Shown here: piece after piece, positions 37,894-51,399 of the stretch
How the letters are laid out: each line of letters opens with the position of its first letter
Position numbering within the stretch: position 1 is the first letter of the stretch
NCBI GenBank assembly: GCA_028023455.1
Contig: JAQFVV010000011.1
Span: forward strand, 5,022,001 to 5,086,000
DNA length: 64,000 bases
Origin: Epiperipatus broadwayi
Lineage: Eukaryota; Animalia; Onychophora
Direction: 5' to 3'
The notes under the pieces: generated by a model
What the model was told of the DNA's origin: nothing
The model's database searches: none
Seen by the model: only the letters and a program-made list of their open reading frames with translations
Made by a program: the position numbers and the translations under genes

Positions 37894-37937
37894 TCCAATA
37901 TACGTATTTCATGCTGAACTGGCACTCATCAGTTGGT
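37894..37937 (-). ncRNA. Class C hammerhead motif
   Basis: ACCAA-CTGATGA-GTGC(CAGTTCA)GCAT-GAAA-TACGTAT-A/TTGG; intact ATACGTAT palindrome. Confidence 0.75.
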
Positions 37938-38351
37938 CCAGCTCACCATCAGTGCTCAGTTTACATTAAGATAGCAAATCTTCAAACTTTAACGGATAAG
38001 CGGCACTCTTCTTTACCCTCCAATTCTTCAGCTATCCATATCATAGAAAATCTGATGATGGAATGCTCAAAACCTTTGTCGATGTCCAATATTGTTGTCA
38101 TACCCATGTTGATCTTAAGTCACTCTGACCCCTCATATGTAAGAACTTAATATGTCCATTTAAATACGCAGAAGTGGGATGGGCAGAATTCAGGATGAAT
38201 CTGTAATATTTAATTACAAATATATTGAAATATATTGAACCTTAGTTGTAATTAAAGGGTATTTGAACCCAGACTTTCAAACTTCCTTCAGCTATCCACT
38301 CCATCTTATATAACTGATACACATGATGACATGAGAAAAAGATAAACGATC

Positions 38352-38395
38352 TCCAATATACATATTTTGCGCTGAACCAGCACTCATCAGTTGGT
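38352..38395 (-). ncRNA. Class C hammerhead motif, probably inactivated (G12A)
   Basis: CTGATGA-GTGCT(GGTTC)AGCGC-AAAA-TATGTAT-A/TTGG; a further relic on + at ~38516-38546. Confidence 0.55.
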
Positions 38396-39326
38396 CCAGA
38401 TCAACATCTCCCATACATATATATAATCAGAGGGCCTGCTCATCAAAGTTTGAAGATTTGCTATCTTAATATAAACTGAGTATTGATTATAGGTGTGTGG
38501 GAGATGAGGATCTGGATCAACTGATGAGTGCTGTTTCAGCACAAAATTCTTTTTTACATGTATGTTATCACGTGTATTGGTTATATAAGATGGAATGGAT
38601 AACTAAAGGGAGTTTGAAAGTCTGTGTTCAAATTCCCTTTAATTATAATCAGTATTGTAAAACAAAAATAAATATAATCCATTGTGTTGTTTTTTGTAAA
38701 TAAATAAATAAAACTGAAAAAGTTACACAACAAATATTATACACAAGAGAAAATTTCTTTCAGCATGTTTTATTGTTTTCCTCGGTGTAACAGAATATAT
38801 ATATATACAAAGCGACATTAGATTTTTCTTATTTAATTACAACTTTTTTTGCTTTCTTTTCTTTTCATATAATTATTATATACATTATGCAGTAATAATA
38901 ATAATAATAATATGCACCTACAACAAGCCCAAAATAATAATTTTTTTTATTCATAAATTAATAAAATGTGGGTAGGAGCAGGGGTATATCAATAAATAAA
39001 AATATAACATTATCTTACCAGTGTGATTACAGATGTATAATAATATTGTCATTATTATTATTATTTCATTGCTGTATAATGTATTTAATAGTTAATTAAA
39101 TGAGTAAGAGGGGGACAAAAAGGGAAAGGAAAAAGTTGTACTTTAAAAATAAACCACTATGCATAATGGTCTGTAAATGTTTGTAGCGATATGTAGAATA
39201 CCGAAAAGGGCAATAAAACATTGTCAAAGAAGTTTTTCTATATTAAATAATACAATATTTGTTATTGTATAATCTTTTTTGATTTTATTTATTTACTATA
39301 TCCATCTACTCTAGAACAGTAATGTA

Positions 39327-39372
39327 AACATGAGTACTAGTTTCTGGTTATTGGCCTTCATCAGGAAATGTT
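39327..39372 (-). ncRNA. Class A-type hammerhead core in non-family-A flanks
   Basis: CTGATGA-A-GG(CCAATAA)CC-A-GAAA-CTAGT-A; distal AACAT/ATGTT pairing, proximal stem I mismatched. Confidence 0.45.
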
Positions 39373-41466
39373 GGATTACTATTGTTAATACAGTAAATGT
39401 AAGCTAGGAGAATGATTTGATGCTTGTGCGGATGTAATCACCATTGAGAGTATAATAATGAGTGGAATTAATCCCTTAAATTATCTATAATTATGGTCAA
39501 AATTAAATTTGAAGCATTTTTTGAAAAAAGATAGAACCATATACTTGATCAAAGAATGATGGGCACAGTAGTTAATTTTCTATTTGTGACATATTTTCTT
39601 ATTTTAGTGACACATGTAAATCATACATTTAATAATCTAGAGATTTTTTTTGCACTTATTTAGTTATCACATTTATTTCTAGCTTATAAAAGAAATATGA
39701 TTAATTTTCTGGAGGAGTAAATCTGTTAACATCCATTCATAGCTGTATTTAATGTTAAGGATCAAATTAAAATGAAAGTAGCACTTATTTTCAGTTGTGG
39801 CATTCCAAAAATTCTCCGATTTTTTTGCAGTAATATTTACAATTTTTATTAGTATTATGGCATTAGGTTATTTTATATGAAGTCATAAATATTCAAAGAA
39901 GAAAAAGCTAATCATGAGTAGATATGTAAGGGTACCATAAATTGCATATTTAAACAGAATCACAGCCGTTACATTATTTTCAAATAAAAGTGAAAAAATA
40001 TCAAATCACCCTCAAATAGAAATATATATATATATATAAAAGACAATTTAATAATTTTATTTAAATTAATATATATAATGCACAGACAGCAAACTAATTG
40101 TATAATTTAAAGTTTAAAGTCTAAAAACAAGATTGTTTTGATATAAAAGAATTTTTAAAAAAGCTGTTAATTAGTTATTTTTAATCTTAGAATGGTAAAT
40201 GATTTTCTACATTGACATGATAGCAAACAGGCTCTTGGGCATAAAGTCAGGTAGGAGATAAATTAAAAAAATACTAATGATAAAATTTTGAGTTCTCGCT
40301 CTAAAGAAAGCTGACCAATAATAATGGAAATGACCACACGGTCCACAGAGAAAAGTCAAGCCAGGTAAGATCGATCTTGGAATTTGCTGATAAGAAATCA
40401 CAAAGATATAAAAAGAAAACTTTAAAGTTGAGATTTGGATTTGGATTGCTCTTGCTGATTGCGGGTTATTTAAATATATAAGTGTATTGCGGATCTCCAA
40501 AATATAGGGGTCAGCAATAATTTACGTTTCCTGTGTTTGCAGCAGCTGAAGCGGTCTCCAGAGTATGATGGTTTCCAGAAACTGGCCAGCAGCATATTTA
40601 TCTCCACCTAGAACAATATGAAATGGAAAGAACTTTGAATTGTATGACGCATCAAGGACCACCAAGACGGATTTTAATAAATCTTCAGCATTGGAAAGTA
40701 TAAACTTTTGCTTTAAATGAACTTTACTTTTATAAAACAAACTTTTCCAAGTAGTAATTTTAAATGTCACTTAATTTTTAAAAGAAATCTTCTATCTAAC
40801 TAAAATTTAAGTTATTTGTTATATTTTCTTTTAATATGTTTAATATCATTTCCATTCTCATAATTTCTTTTAAATTAATAATTTAAAATAAGCATAAATA
40901 GCTACATAGATTCGTAAGATTGTTAGTTTAAGTTGAGTTAATTTTGGGCTAATTGTTTTGACAGTTGGATCAGTGCTGGTTGGTGGATAGATGTATAGAT
41001 GTTTTATACCAATGTAATTTGAATAGGTGCATTGGATACTCGTTCCCTTGTACCGCATTAGCATACAGGGCATTATACCCATCTGAACATATGACCCAAA
41101 AGAGTAGTCATCACGTTGTCAATGGTCATAGCCATATTTCCTATGCCATTGATTTTCTTACTCTCTGGTTGGGACAGTAAGCCGGCAAAGACTGCTATTC
41201 CCATTTTTCAGAGCAGCTCCTATATATATATTTCAAATAATTTCGTTCTTGTATCGTGGGGAAGATGCTCATTCCTTCCCACCATGATTTTTTATTTCTT
41301 AAATGATATCATGCTACAGATGTAAATTCCTGTTAGCATGGTTGTGTTATGCTAATAATCTCATTTTGCATTGGTCACATTGGTATATCAGTAAGCTAGC
41401 ATTGATTTAAATGCGAGATTTTTGACCTAAGGTTAAAAGGGATTGGGTTGGTTATTGCGTAATCTA

Positions 41467-41877
41467 TGTAGCATAGTCACACTTATTAAAATATTAACAT
41501 TGTATTTAAATCCATTAAACGCTTCCATCTGTGCACATGATTTAAATGAAATATATTTACTAGTTAATTTAATTTTCAGAATTCTTTAATATGTGTGTGT
41601 GCACTAATAAAATATTTTGTTGAATTAATTTTGGCAGTAACTTATTTTATATATTAATAATATTTAAAATTAAGAATTAGAAATTTGAATATACAGTATG
41701 ATATTTTAAGTTCAGCTTTTCTCTGGGTTAGTGATTGGGGCTTTTGGTTCGATAAAAGAGTAACCTCTCCTGTATGTATCTGCCTACTATATAAATTTTC
41801 CAGGTTCAAATGGCCTGGTGGTGCCTTGTACGGCAGATTAGGTTAGAGAGGTTTCGTCGACCGTTATAATAGTTACA
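41467..41877 (-). mobile_element. Possible LTR (~410 bp)
   Basis: TGTAAC...CTACA termini on the minus strand, TATA-like element; no TSD found. Confidence 0.3.
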
Positions 41878-43383
41878 TGTTAACAGTACCATAAGAGTAT
41901 GTAATTAATACGATAATGGAAGCAATTTAATAATCTCATGTTAGTAATAAAATGTGATTAAGTAATTCCCATAAGTCTCTTGTTCCAGTGGATAATATTT
42001 TAACATAGACATGTATTAAAATAGATTATAATTGTTAAAATTGTATGAAAAATTAGAATTTAGTAAAAGCATTGATTAAAATATGATATAGTTTATTGAA
42101 GAATGCCTCGAATAGATTGATAAATGTCTAAGAGAAGCATGGTTGATATAGTAAGATGAGTTTGTTATAACGACTGCGCTGCAATTGAGACTTAACCTTT
42201 TGGACAGCGTTGAGCATTACTTGCATGATAATGATCATAAAATGACAGCTCTGGAAGTCTTTGTAGTTTAGTTTCAGTCTCTAAGACTTATTGTTATTAT
42301 GAGGGAAGCATTATTGCTATTTTTGGTATGCAATGATTTTTTTTAGTACTACCGTCACACACTTAGGCTCAATTGCAGCATATTTGCTTATTATCATTAG
42401 GAGAATTATCTTGAATGGAACCAGATAGAAGTCTTTGGTCTCATAACCAGACTGGTTTGTTGAATTTTATTTGTACTTTTGGTCTTATATTGACATGCTA
42501 ATCTGTTCGAAAATGTTCTCTAGTAGGACTTGACAAACAGTGGGAATGAATGTATTTGTTTTTGAATTAGGACTGAAACTTAACATTATATCAATCAAGA
42601 TTTTTGCATAAAATATAAGCAAATGAAAGTGATATTATTTGACATTGTGGGTGCTAAAATTTCAATAATAATCTTTTTGAAACCAAATTAAATGTTTAGA
42701 ATGAGGACAGTTTTGAAATAGATAACTCTTATTTTATAAAAAAGTGTGTAGACAAGTCTGACATCAGGCTATTTTGTGTCCTAGGCATGACTGTTACTTG
42801 CACTCTTCCCCTCCAAAAAAAAAACATGCCAACTTCAACTTTTAAGAATAGACGCAAAGTAAAAAAGAAATAGCATCAAGCTTGGGACAGCTAAAAATTG
42901 ATTTTAAATTCCAAGAATAAGAAATAAACAGTTTTTGTCAATTATTCTTTGCACAGATAACTAATTTATATAAAACAGTGACCTTTTAAAGTCATTTCTG
43001 CATCCCTTATTAAGGAATACCCCCTAGTGACTACCTAATTGGCCTACACTAGTCCCACCTTTTTTTTTTTTTTGCTCTTTGTAAAGAAATGGATATTTTT
43101 TGGAAAAGATGTAATAAGAAATGCTTAAATTATTGTCTGATCTAGATAGGATATTATTCTAGATACAATTTGATTCGATTTTAAGATGCAAGGAATTCTT
43201 ATACAATATTGCTGTTTTAAAATGATTATACAAGGGAAAAAATATATTTCAAATATGTTTATTAAAAACAACCATAATTCAATTAAATATCTATTTTTGA
43301 GACAATCAGTCAATAGATTAGACATGAAAATAATGTTTTCTATTGTATGTCATTAGATGGCAGGATAGTACATCTTCATTTTA

Positions 43384-44669
43384 GTATAAGATATGGAAAT
43401 TATGTTGAGGACATGTGCAAGGGTGGGTAAAGAGATGGGGATTAAATTTAGTGAAGAAAAATCAAATATAATGATGGTTAATACTGGGGAAAGAGAAGAT
43501 GTAGAATTTTTATTGGGGGATATAAAGTTAAGTGTGGTGGATAGATATAGGTATTTGGGAATCATCTTATGTAATCAGGAAAATTGCTTGGATGAATGGG
43601 AGAAAAAATTGGTAAATGAAGCAAAGAAAAGAAAGGGTTTGGTAAAGAAACTAACAGTATTTTCATATAATAAATATGATGTAGCGAGAATAGTATGGAA
43701 GGGAGTTGCAGTAGCAGGGTTAACATATGGTAATGATACATTATGTGTTAGAAAAAGAGTTTTAGATTATTTAGAGAAAGTACAAAGGGAAGTAGGAAGA
43801 CATGCATTATATGCAGAGATGTGGACAGCAAAGGAGGCAATTCAAGGAGAAATAGGATGGTCAAGTTTTTATATGAGAGATGCAAAAAGTAAAATGAAAA
43901 TGTTTGGTAGGTTGCAGTTTATGGATAGTAAAAGAATAGCAAAAATAGTGTTCAATTGGGTTATGAGTAAAGGGCAGGTAACAAGATGGGTCGAAAGATT
44001 TGGATAAAGAATTTATATCAGTATACTTATATAAAAGGTGGGATGATTGTGTTAGGAGGATTGTTGAGTGTTATAGTGGTAAGGAATGGGATAAAAGAAT
44101 AGAAGCATTAATAAAAAATAGGGAGTTGGAGAGATGGAGAACTAGTATGGAGGGTAAGAAGAGTTTAAATATATATAGAAGTAAACAGAATATTGGATGC
44201 GAGTTAATTTATGATAATAGTAAGGAAAGTAGTTTATTATTTAAGGCTCGAATGGGATCCTTAGCAACAAGAGAGTATACATGTAAATGGAAAACTATGG
44301 ATGATTTAGTGTGCAAATTGTATAAGGAAGGTATAGAAAAATATTAGGCATCTGTTGATTGAATGTAAATGCTTGAAAGCAGAAAGGGTACAGATAATGA
44401 AGTTATGGGAGAATAGACATGATTCAAAGTGACTATACAGAAAGTGAGTTATTAGTTTTTATGTTGGGTTTGCAAAGAGATAATGGGGACTTAGATATAA
44501 AGGCCATAGAGTTGACAAAGATTATGTTGTGGAAATGGGATGGGGCAGAATATGGGAAGACTTAAGAGTGGCGAATGGAAAATAAAGTGCCTAACAGGTT
44601 TATCTGGGCATAATTGCTGAGATATTCTTGACTTCGTTTAAGGAGAAGCCAAATACATCATATCACAGT
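43384..44669 (+). mobile_element. 5'-truncated copy of the esterase-ORF1 LINE (copy 1)
   Basis: Colinear with 47617-48912 of copy 2; several frameshifts; CATCA-type tail. Confidence 0.92.
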
Positions 44670-44764
44670 AAACAATCATAATTCAATCAGCCAATAGATT
44701 AAGAATGAGATTAATGTTTTCTATCTTATGTCACTAGGTGGCAGGATAGTGCAACTTCATTTTA

Positions 44765-47700
44765 AAGGTTGTGAATGAAGCAGAGAAAGTAGACTGTGAG
44801 ACAGTATTGATAGGGGATTCTTTAATAAGAGAAAGTGGAGATATAATTGCAAGGGAAAATAGAAACAGGTATGTAAGAGTATGTTTGCCGGGAGCTAAAA
44901 TTAGGGATGTTACAGATAAAGTAAAGAAGCAAGGGAATAGAGATGTATATGTTATGGTAGGGACTAATAATTTATCAGTCATCAGAGAGAGTAATGGGTG
45001 AGTACACAGAACTGATTAGGAATTTGAGAATGGTTAAAGGAAGAGTAAGAATAGTTGGATTATTACCAAGATTTGATAAAAGTTATATGTTAGATAAGGC
45101 GTGTTCTATAAATGAGAGATTGAAAGATTTGTGTGAGAGCAATGATGTTACATTTGTGGATGTGTGGGATTTTTTTATTGGGAAGAGGGAGTTATTTGTT
45201 AAAGATGGGTTGCACTTAGGGAAACAAGGAAGTGAAGTTTTAGGGAGTCTGATTTATAAAGAATATAGTTCGGGAAACTTGAAAAGGGGGGTGGGATTTT
45301 AAATTGTAGTGTTATTAAAAAGAAGAAGAATGGATGGGATGTAAGGATTAAACAAAGGGCAGTTGATTTAGATATAAATGTAGATGTGGAGAGGGAATGG
45401 GTCTGTAAAATTAATGGTAAGCAAGTTATTTATAAGCATAATGGAGAAGAAAGAATAAAAAAAATTTATAAAAGAGTAGTTAGGAAAGAAAAAATTGTTA
45501 AAATTGGGTATTTGAATATGCAAGGTGGTAGGAGACCAGAAAAGTGGCAGGAATTAAACAAAGCAATTGAAAATGAAGAGCTTGAGGTATTAGCAGTAGT
45601 GGAAACACATCTAAGAGAAGAAGAAGAACCTGTTTTGGAAGATTTGGTATGGCAGGGTATAAATAGAAAAGAGAAAGAAAAAAGGGTGGTGGTATAGGTG
45701 TTATATCAAAAAAATATTTAAATACTGTTAAATGCCAAGAACATTTGTGGTTTGAAATAGGGTTGGGAAAACAAGAATGGATGGTGGCTATAGTTTATAT
45801 AGCTACTGGAGATAGTCAAACTATGATGGAATGGAACAATAGCATATATGAGTGCCTAGTTAAGGATATACAGAGTTTTAAAGAAAAGAGGAAGAGAATA
45901 ATGGTTATAGGAGATATGAATGGGCATATTGAAGAAATTGATGATGTAGACAATAAGAATGGACAGCTTTTGAAGAAATTTTGTCAGAGAGTAAATTTGA
46001 GCATTGGAAACTTATCTAATATTTATGAGGGACAATACACATGGTCTAGGAATAATATATCCCACACAATAGATTATGTATTGGTAGAGAAAGAGGGAAT
46101 GAATAAAGTATGGAAAATTAAGGTGTTTGATAATGAAGAGAGAGTATGTAATAGTGATCATAATTTCTTTGTAATTGAAATGGTTAGTAATGTGATGGAA
46201 AATAGAAATAAAAGTAGAAACAATAGTGAAAGATGTGGATGGAGAGTGAATGATAAGAATAAGTTAGAAGAGTATAAAATACAAGTTGAAGAAACCATGG
46301 AAGAGTTGATTGGAAATGAGTATGAGGACTGGTGTGATGAAATAGAAAAAGTGGCAAATAGGGTTTTAGGTGAGAATATTCAGAAGAATAAAAGTAATAG
46401 AAAAATGAGAGTTAGTAAAAGTGTAAAAGAGAGGGAAAAAGCATGCAGAGAATATAAGTGTGCTATTAAGAACAAAGAAAGTGAAAAAGATATTAATGCT
46501 AAATGGGAAAAGTACTTAGAAAAGAAGAAGTTAGCTAAAATAGATAATTATAGAGAGAGAATGAAACTAAATAGTAAATTATTGGATGATATTAATAAAA
46601 GTGGAAGAGATGGGAGTAAAAAATTTTGGAATTACATTAAAAGGAGAAATTTAGGGGAGAGAGAGATAGTATTACTGGATGAGGAGGGAATAGAGTGTAG
46701 CTCTAGAGAAGAATTAGAGAGAATATTGAATAGGTATGTAATGGATATAGAAAAGATGTTAGATGTGAAGGACAGAGGGATAGAAAATATGAAAGCATAT
46801 AGTAATGGGAATATTAGATTTACAGAAAATGAACTGAATGAGGCAGGGAAGAAATTGAGAAGTGGTAAGGCAAGAGGTTTAGATGGATGGGCAGCAGAGA
46901 TGGTAATGAATTTAGGGCATAGGGCAAAAGTAAAGTTACTATCATGTTTTAATAAGATGGCACAGAAGAGAGTTTTTCCGGGTAGTTGGAGTAATACAAG
47001 AGTAAGATTATTATTTAAAGGAAAAGGTAAGGATCATAGAAAGTTAAATAATTATAGACCAATAGCAGTAACATCAGTTTTATATAAAGTTTTTTCATAT
47101 ATGGTGGCTGGAAGAGTTGCAAAATGGATGGAAGAAAATAATGTAGTGGGGGAAATGCAAGGAGGTTTTAGGTCAGATAGGCATATAGGAGATAGTTTAT
47201 TTGTAGTTACACAACTTATAGATATGAGTAGAAATTCAGGTAGACAGTTATATATGAGTTTTATAGATATAGAGAAGGCATATGATAGAGTGAATAGAAA
47301 TAGATTATGGATAAGTTTAGCAAATCTGGGAATGGATGAAGCTTTAGTGGGTGTTATTAAGAAATTATATGAAAATAATTACTATACATATCAATTAGGG
47401 GATATAGAATCAGTTAAAGTTAAAAATGGGGTGAGACTAAGGCAAGGATGCCCTATGTCACCTATTTTGTTTGTGTTGTATTTGAGTGAAATGGAGAGAG
47501 CAATAGAAAGACTAGGAAGAGGGATAGAGATACCATTAATAGGTGGCAAGGGAGTATATACATTGTCGGGTCTTTTTTTGCGGATGATGTCTTTTTGTGT
47601 GCAGAAAGAAGAGAAGATATGGAAGTTATGCTGAGGACATGTGCAAGGGTGGGTAAAGAGATGGGGATTAAATTTAGTGAAGAAAAATCAAATATAATGA

Positions 47701-48912
47701 TGGTGAATACTGGGGAAAGAGAAGACAAAGATTTCTTATTGGGGGATATAAAGTTAAGTGTGGTGAATAGATATAGTTATTTGGGAATCATCTTGAGTAA
47801 TAAGAAAAATTGCTTGGATGAATGGGAGAAAAAATTGATAAATGAAGCAAAGAAAAGAAAGGGATTGATAAAGAAATTAACAGTGTTTTCATATAATAAA
47901 TATGATGTAGCTAGAATTGTATGGAAGGGAGTGGCAGTAGCAGGGTTAACATACGGCAATGATGCATTATGTGTTAGTAAAGGGGTATTAGATTACTTAG
48001 AAAAAGTACAAAGGGAAGTAGGAAGACATGCATTAGATGCAGAGGTGTGGACAGCAAAGGAGGCAATTCAAGGAGAAATGGGATGGTCAAGTTTTTATAT
48101 GAGGGATGCAAAAAGCAAATTGAAAATGTTCGGTAGATTGCAGTTTATGGATAATAAAAGAATAGCCAAAATAGTATTTAATTGGGTTACAAGTAAAGGG
48201 CAGGCAACAAGATGGGTGAGAAAGGTAATGCGGTATGCAGAAGATTTGGATAAAGAATTTATGTCAGTATACTTGTACAAAAGGTGGGATGATTGTGTTA
48301 GGAGGATTGTTGAGTGTTATAGTGGGAAGGAGTGGGATAGAAGAATAGATGCATTAATAAAGAATAGGGAGTTGGAGAGATGGAGAACTAGTATGGAGAG
48401 TAAAACGAGTTTAAATATATATAGAAGTAAACGGAACATTGGGTGTGAGTTAATTTATGATAATAGTAAGGAAAGTAGTTTATTGTTTAAGGCTCGAACG
48501 GGATCTTTAGCAACAAGGGAATATACATGTAAATGGAAAAATATGGGTGATTTAGTCTGCAAGTTGTGTAAGGAAGGCATAGAAAATATTAGGCATCTGT
48601 TACTTCAATGTAAATGTTTGGAAGCAGAAAGGGTACAAATAATGAAGTTATGGAAGGTTAAATATGAACCAAGTGATTATACAGAAAGTGAGTTATTGGT
48701 TTTTATGCTAGGTTTGGGAAAAAATAAGGGGGATTTAGATATGAAGGTCATGGAGTTGACAAAGATTATGTTGTGGAAATGGGATGGAGCAGATTATGGG
48801 AAAACTTAGGGTGGACAATGGAAAAGGAAGGTAAAGTGGCTAACAGGTTTCTCTGGACATAGCTTCTGAGAGATTCCTGACTCCGTTTAAGGAGAAGTCA
48901 CATCACATCACA
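44765..48912 (+). mobile_element. Near-complete non-LTR retrotransposon (RTE-X-like): SGNH esterase ORF1 + APE/RT/CCHC ORF2
   Basis: ORF1 GDSL, PGA, GTNN, DGLHL; APE YLNMQG, ETHL, GDMNGH, IDY, SDHN; RT YRPIAV, FIDIEKAYDRV, RQGCPMSP, FADD, YLGI; CKLC-x7-H-x4-C; about 3 frameshifts; (CATCA)n tail; clade assignment tentative. Confidence 0.93.
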
Positions 48913-50055
48913 ATGATGATAAATACTGGTGAAGGAGAAGAGAAAGAATTTTTATTGGGGATATAAAATTAAATATCGGTGAATAGGTATAACTATTGGG
49001 GAATTATCTTAAGTAATCAGAGAAATTTCTTGGAAGAATGGTAGAAAAAAATGATAAATGAAGCAAAGAAAAGAAAGGAACTGATAAAAAAAATTAAGTG
49101 TATTCATATAATAAATATGATGTAGCTGGAATTGTATGGAAGGTAGTGGCAGTACCAGGATTAACATATATGGTAATGATGCATTATGTGTTAGTAAAGT
49201 TATGTTACATTACTTGCATTAGATGCAGATCTGTGGATGGCAAAGGAGTCAATTCAAGGAGAAATGGGATCGTCACATTTTTAAATGAGAGATGCAAAAT
49301 GAAAATGTTTTGTAGACTGCAATTTATGGATAATAAGAGAATAGGCAAAATAGTATTTAATTGGGTTATGAGTAAAGGACAGGCAACAAGATGGGTGAGA
49401 AAGTTAGTATGGTATGCTGAAGATTTGGATAAAGAATTTATGTCGGTATGCTCATACAAAAGGTGGGATTGTTGAGTTATAGTGGTAAGGAATGAGATAG
49501 AAGAATAGATGCATTAATAAATAATAGGGAATTGGAGAGATGGGGAATTAGTATGGAGAGCAAAAAGAGTTTAAATATATATAGAAGTAAATAGAATATT
49601 GCTTGCGATGTAATTTATGATAATAGCAAGGAAAATAGTTTACTGTTTAAGGCTTGAACAAGATCTTTAGCAACAAAGGAATATACACATAAATGGACAA
49701 TTATGCGTGATTTAGTCTGCAAATATTAGGCATCTGTTAATTGAATGATAATGCCTGCAAGCAGAAGGGTACAAATAATGAAATTGTGGAAGAATAAATA
49801 TAGTAATTATACAGAAAGTGGGTTCTTGTTTTTATGCTGGGTTTGGGCAGAGATAAGGTGTATTTAGATATAAAGGCCATGGTGTTGACAGAGATTGTGT
49901 TGTGGAAATGGGTTGGTGCAGGATAGAGAAGAATATGGGAAAAACTTGGGATGGAGAATGGAAAGGGAAGGTAAGGTGGTTAACAGGTTTCTCTGGGCAT
50001 ACTGGCTGTGAGGTTCCTGAGTCTGAAAAAAGAGAAGCCACGGTGCATCTCATTG
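48913..50055 (+). mobile_element. 5'-truncated, more degenerate copy 3 of the same LINE
   Basis: Starts at MMINTGE immediately after the copy 2 tail; colinear to the 3' UTR. Confidence 0.9.
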
Positions 50056-50299
50056 CAGTAGAATTGAATAGAGAAATAGATAGAAGGAAAAAGGAAAAGG
50101 ATTAGATGATTGGCAACAGAAATCTGTAGTAGATAAGCTAAAATATGCAAGACTTTAAGAGAAAATTAAATTATAAATGATAATAAGAAACCAGATAAAT
50201 GGAAGAGTATGAGAATTAGATTATTATATAAGAGTAAGACAATAGGTTTTAAATAGTTTACTAGCTATAAATCAATGATAATAACTTCCATAGTTTATA

Positions 50300-51260
50300 A
50301 ATTATTTACATATATTTTAGTGGATAAGTTTAGGACTTGGATAGAAGAGAGTGAAATTTGGGAGAGATTCAGAATGGTTACATTGAGGAAGAAGAGGAAG
50401 AGATTGTTTATTTAGTCTCAGTTGATTAGAATATAAGGAAAATAAATTCTTATTTATTGCATTTTTAGATCTAATAAAAACTTATGATAGGTTGTAGAAA
50501 TGTATTGTGGATAAATTTTAGAAAATATGGGAAGATGGTTGTTAAAAACGATTAAGAATTATTTAATAGTATACAATGATTTTAGAGAGAATGGGCATGC
50601 AGCCTATGCACAGACACTTCTGACTTTGCTTAAGAAGCCATTTTAGATGACATCAGTATTTAATTGACTTTTGTGGAGAAAACAATCAACATGATAAGGT
50701 AAAAAAAATTTTTAAAAGAAATAGGGACTGATGTATAGAGACTATATTTCACATTTTTAATTGTAAGGAATTGGAAATGAAGGCTTATTAGTTGATTAGA
50801 GTAAAGGAAATGAAGATATGGAAAATAAATAGAAATAGGGAAATAGTTTAAAGTGTAAAAAATATATGAATTGCAAAAGGATACATAACATTCGAGGAAG
50901 TTTACTATTATTTTAAAAGAAGCAAAAAAAAAAAATGGGATAAACATTAAGACTGTAGTTATGATTTATATAAAGAGGGAGAAGATTAATAAAGATCCAT
51001 TTTTTGAATGTAGGAAGTTGAAAGAGGAACCATATACATTTTAGAGAAAAAGAAGAGGAACATAAAGATGAGAGGGGCAAAAAGATAGAGATGTTTGATT
51101 TTTTTGTTTGTTTGGCTTTTAAGATTAGAAAGGAAAATATAAAAGGGTATTAGAATTGTTTAAAACAACTATCATTAAAAATAGTATAAGAGAAGAAAAG
51201 GGAATATATCAGTGAGGGAGAATGAATAGTTTACTGCTTGGGAGTTCATTAGAAGTTTGA
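50300..51260 (+). mobile_element. Highly degenerate related LINE RT relic
   Basis: LFIAFLDLIKTYDR near 50450. Confidence 0.45.
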
Positions 51261-51399
51261 GCACTGACAGAACTAGTCCATGATCTGTGAATCCTGAGCT
51301 CCAGAGTCTGCTATTTCAGATTGAATGGGATTACTGGATGAGGGAAAGCAGGAAATCTAAAAGTAATATGAAAAGATATTAGACAGAGTGTTTACTTTG

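Larger units (their letters stand above)
37745..38643 (-). mobile_element. Non-autonomous mini-Penelope insertion (inverted repeat + two tandem terminal repeats)
   Basis: 13-bp TSD TATAATCAGTATT (37732-37744, 38644-38656); tandem repeats with ~45-nt tail; intervening PLE-C-terminus-like LDIDKGFEHS...W coding relic. Confidence 0.82.
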
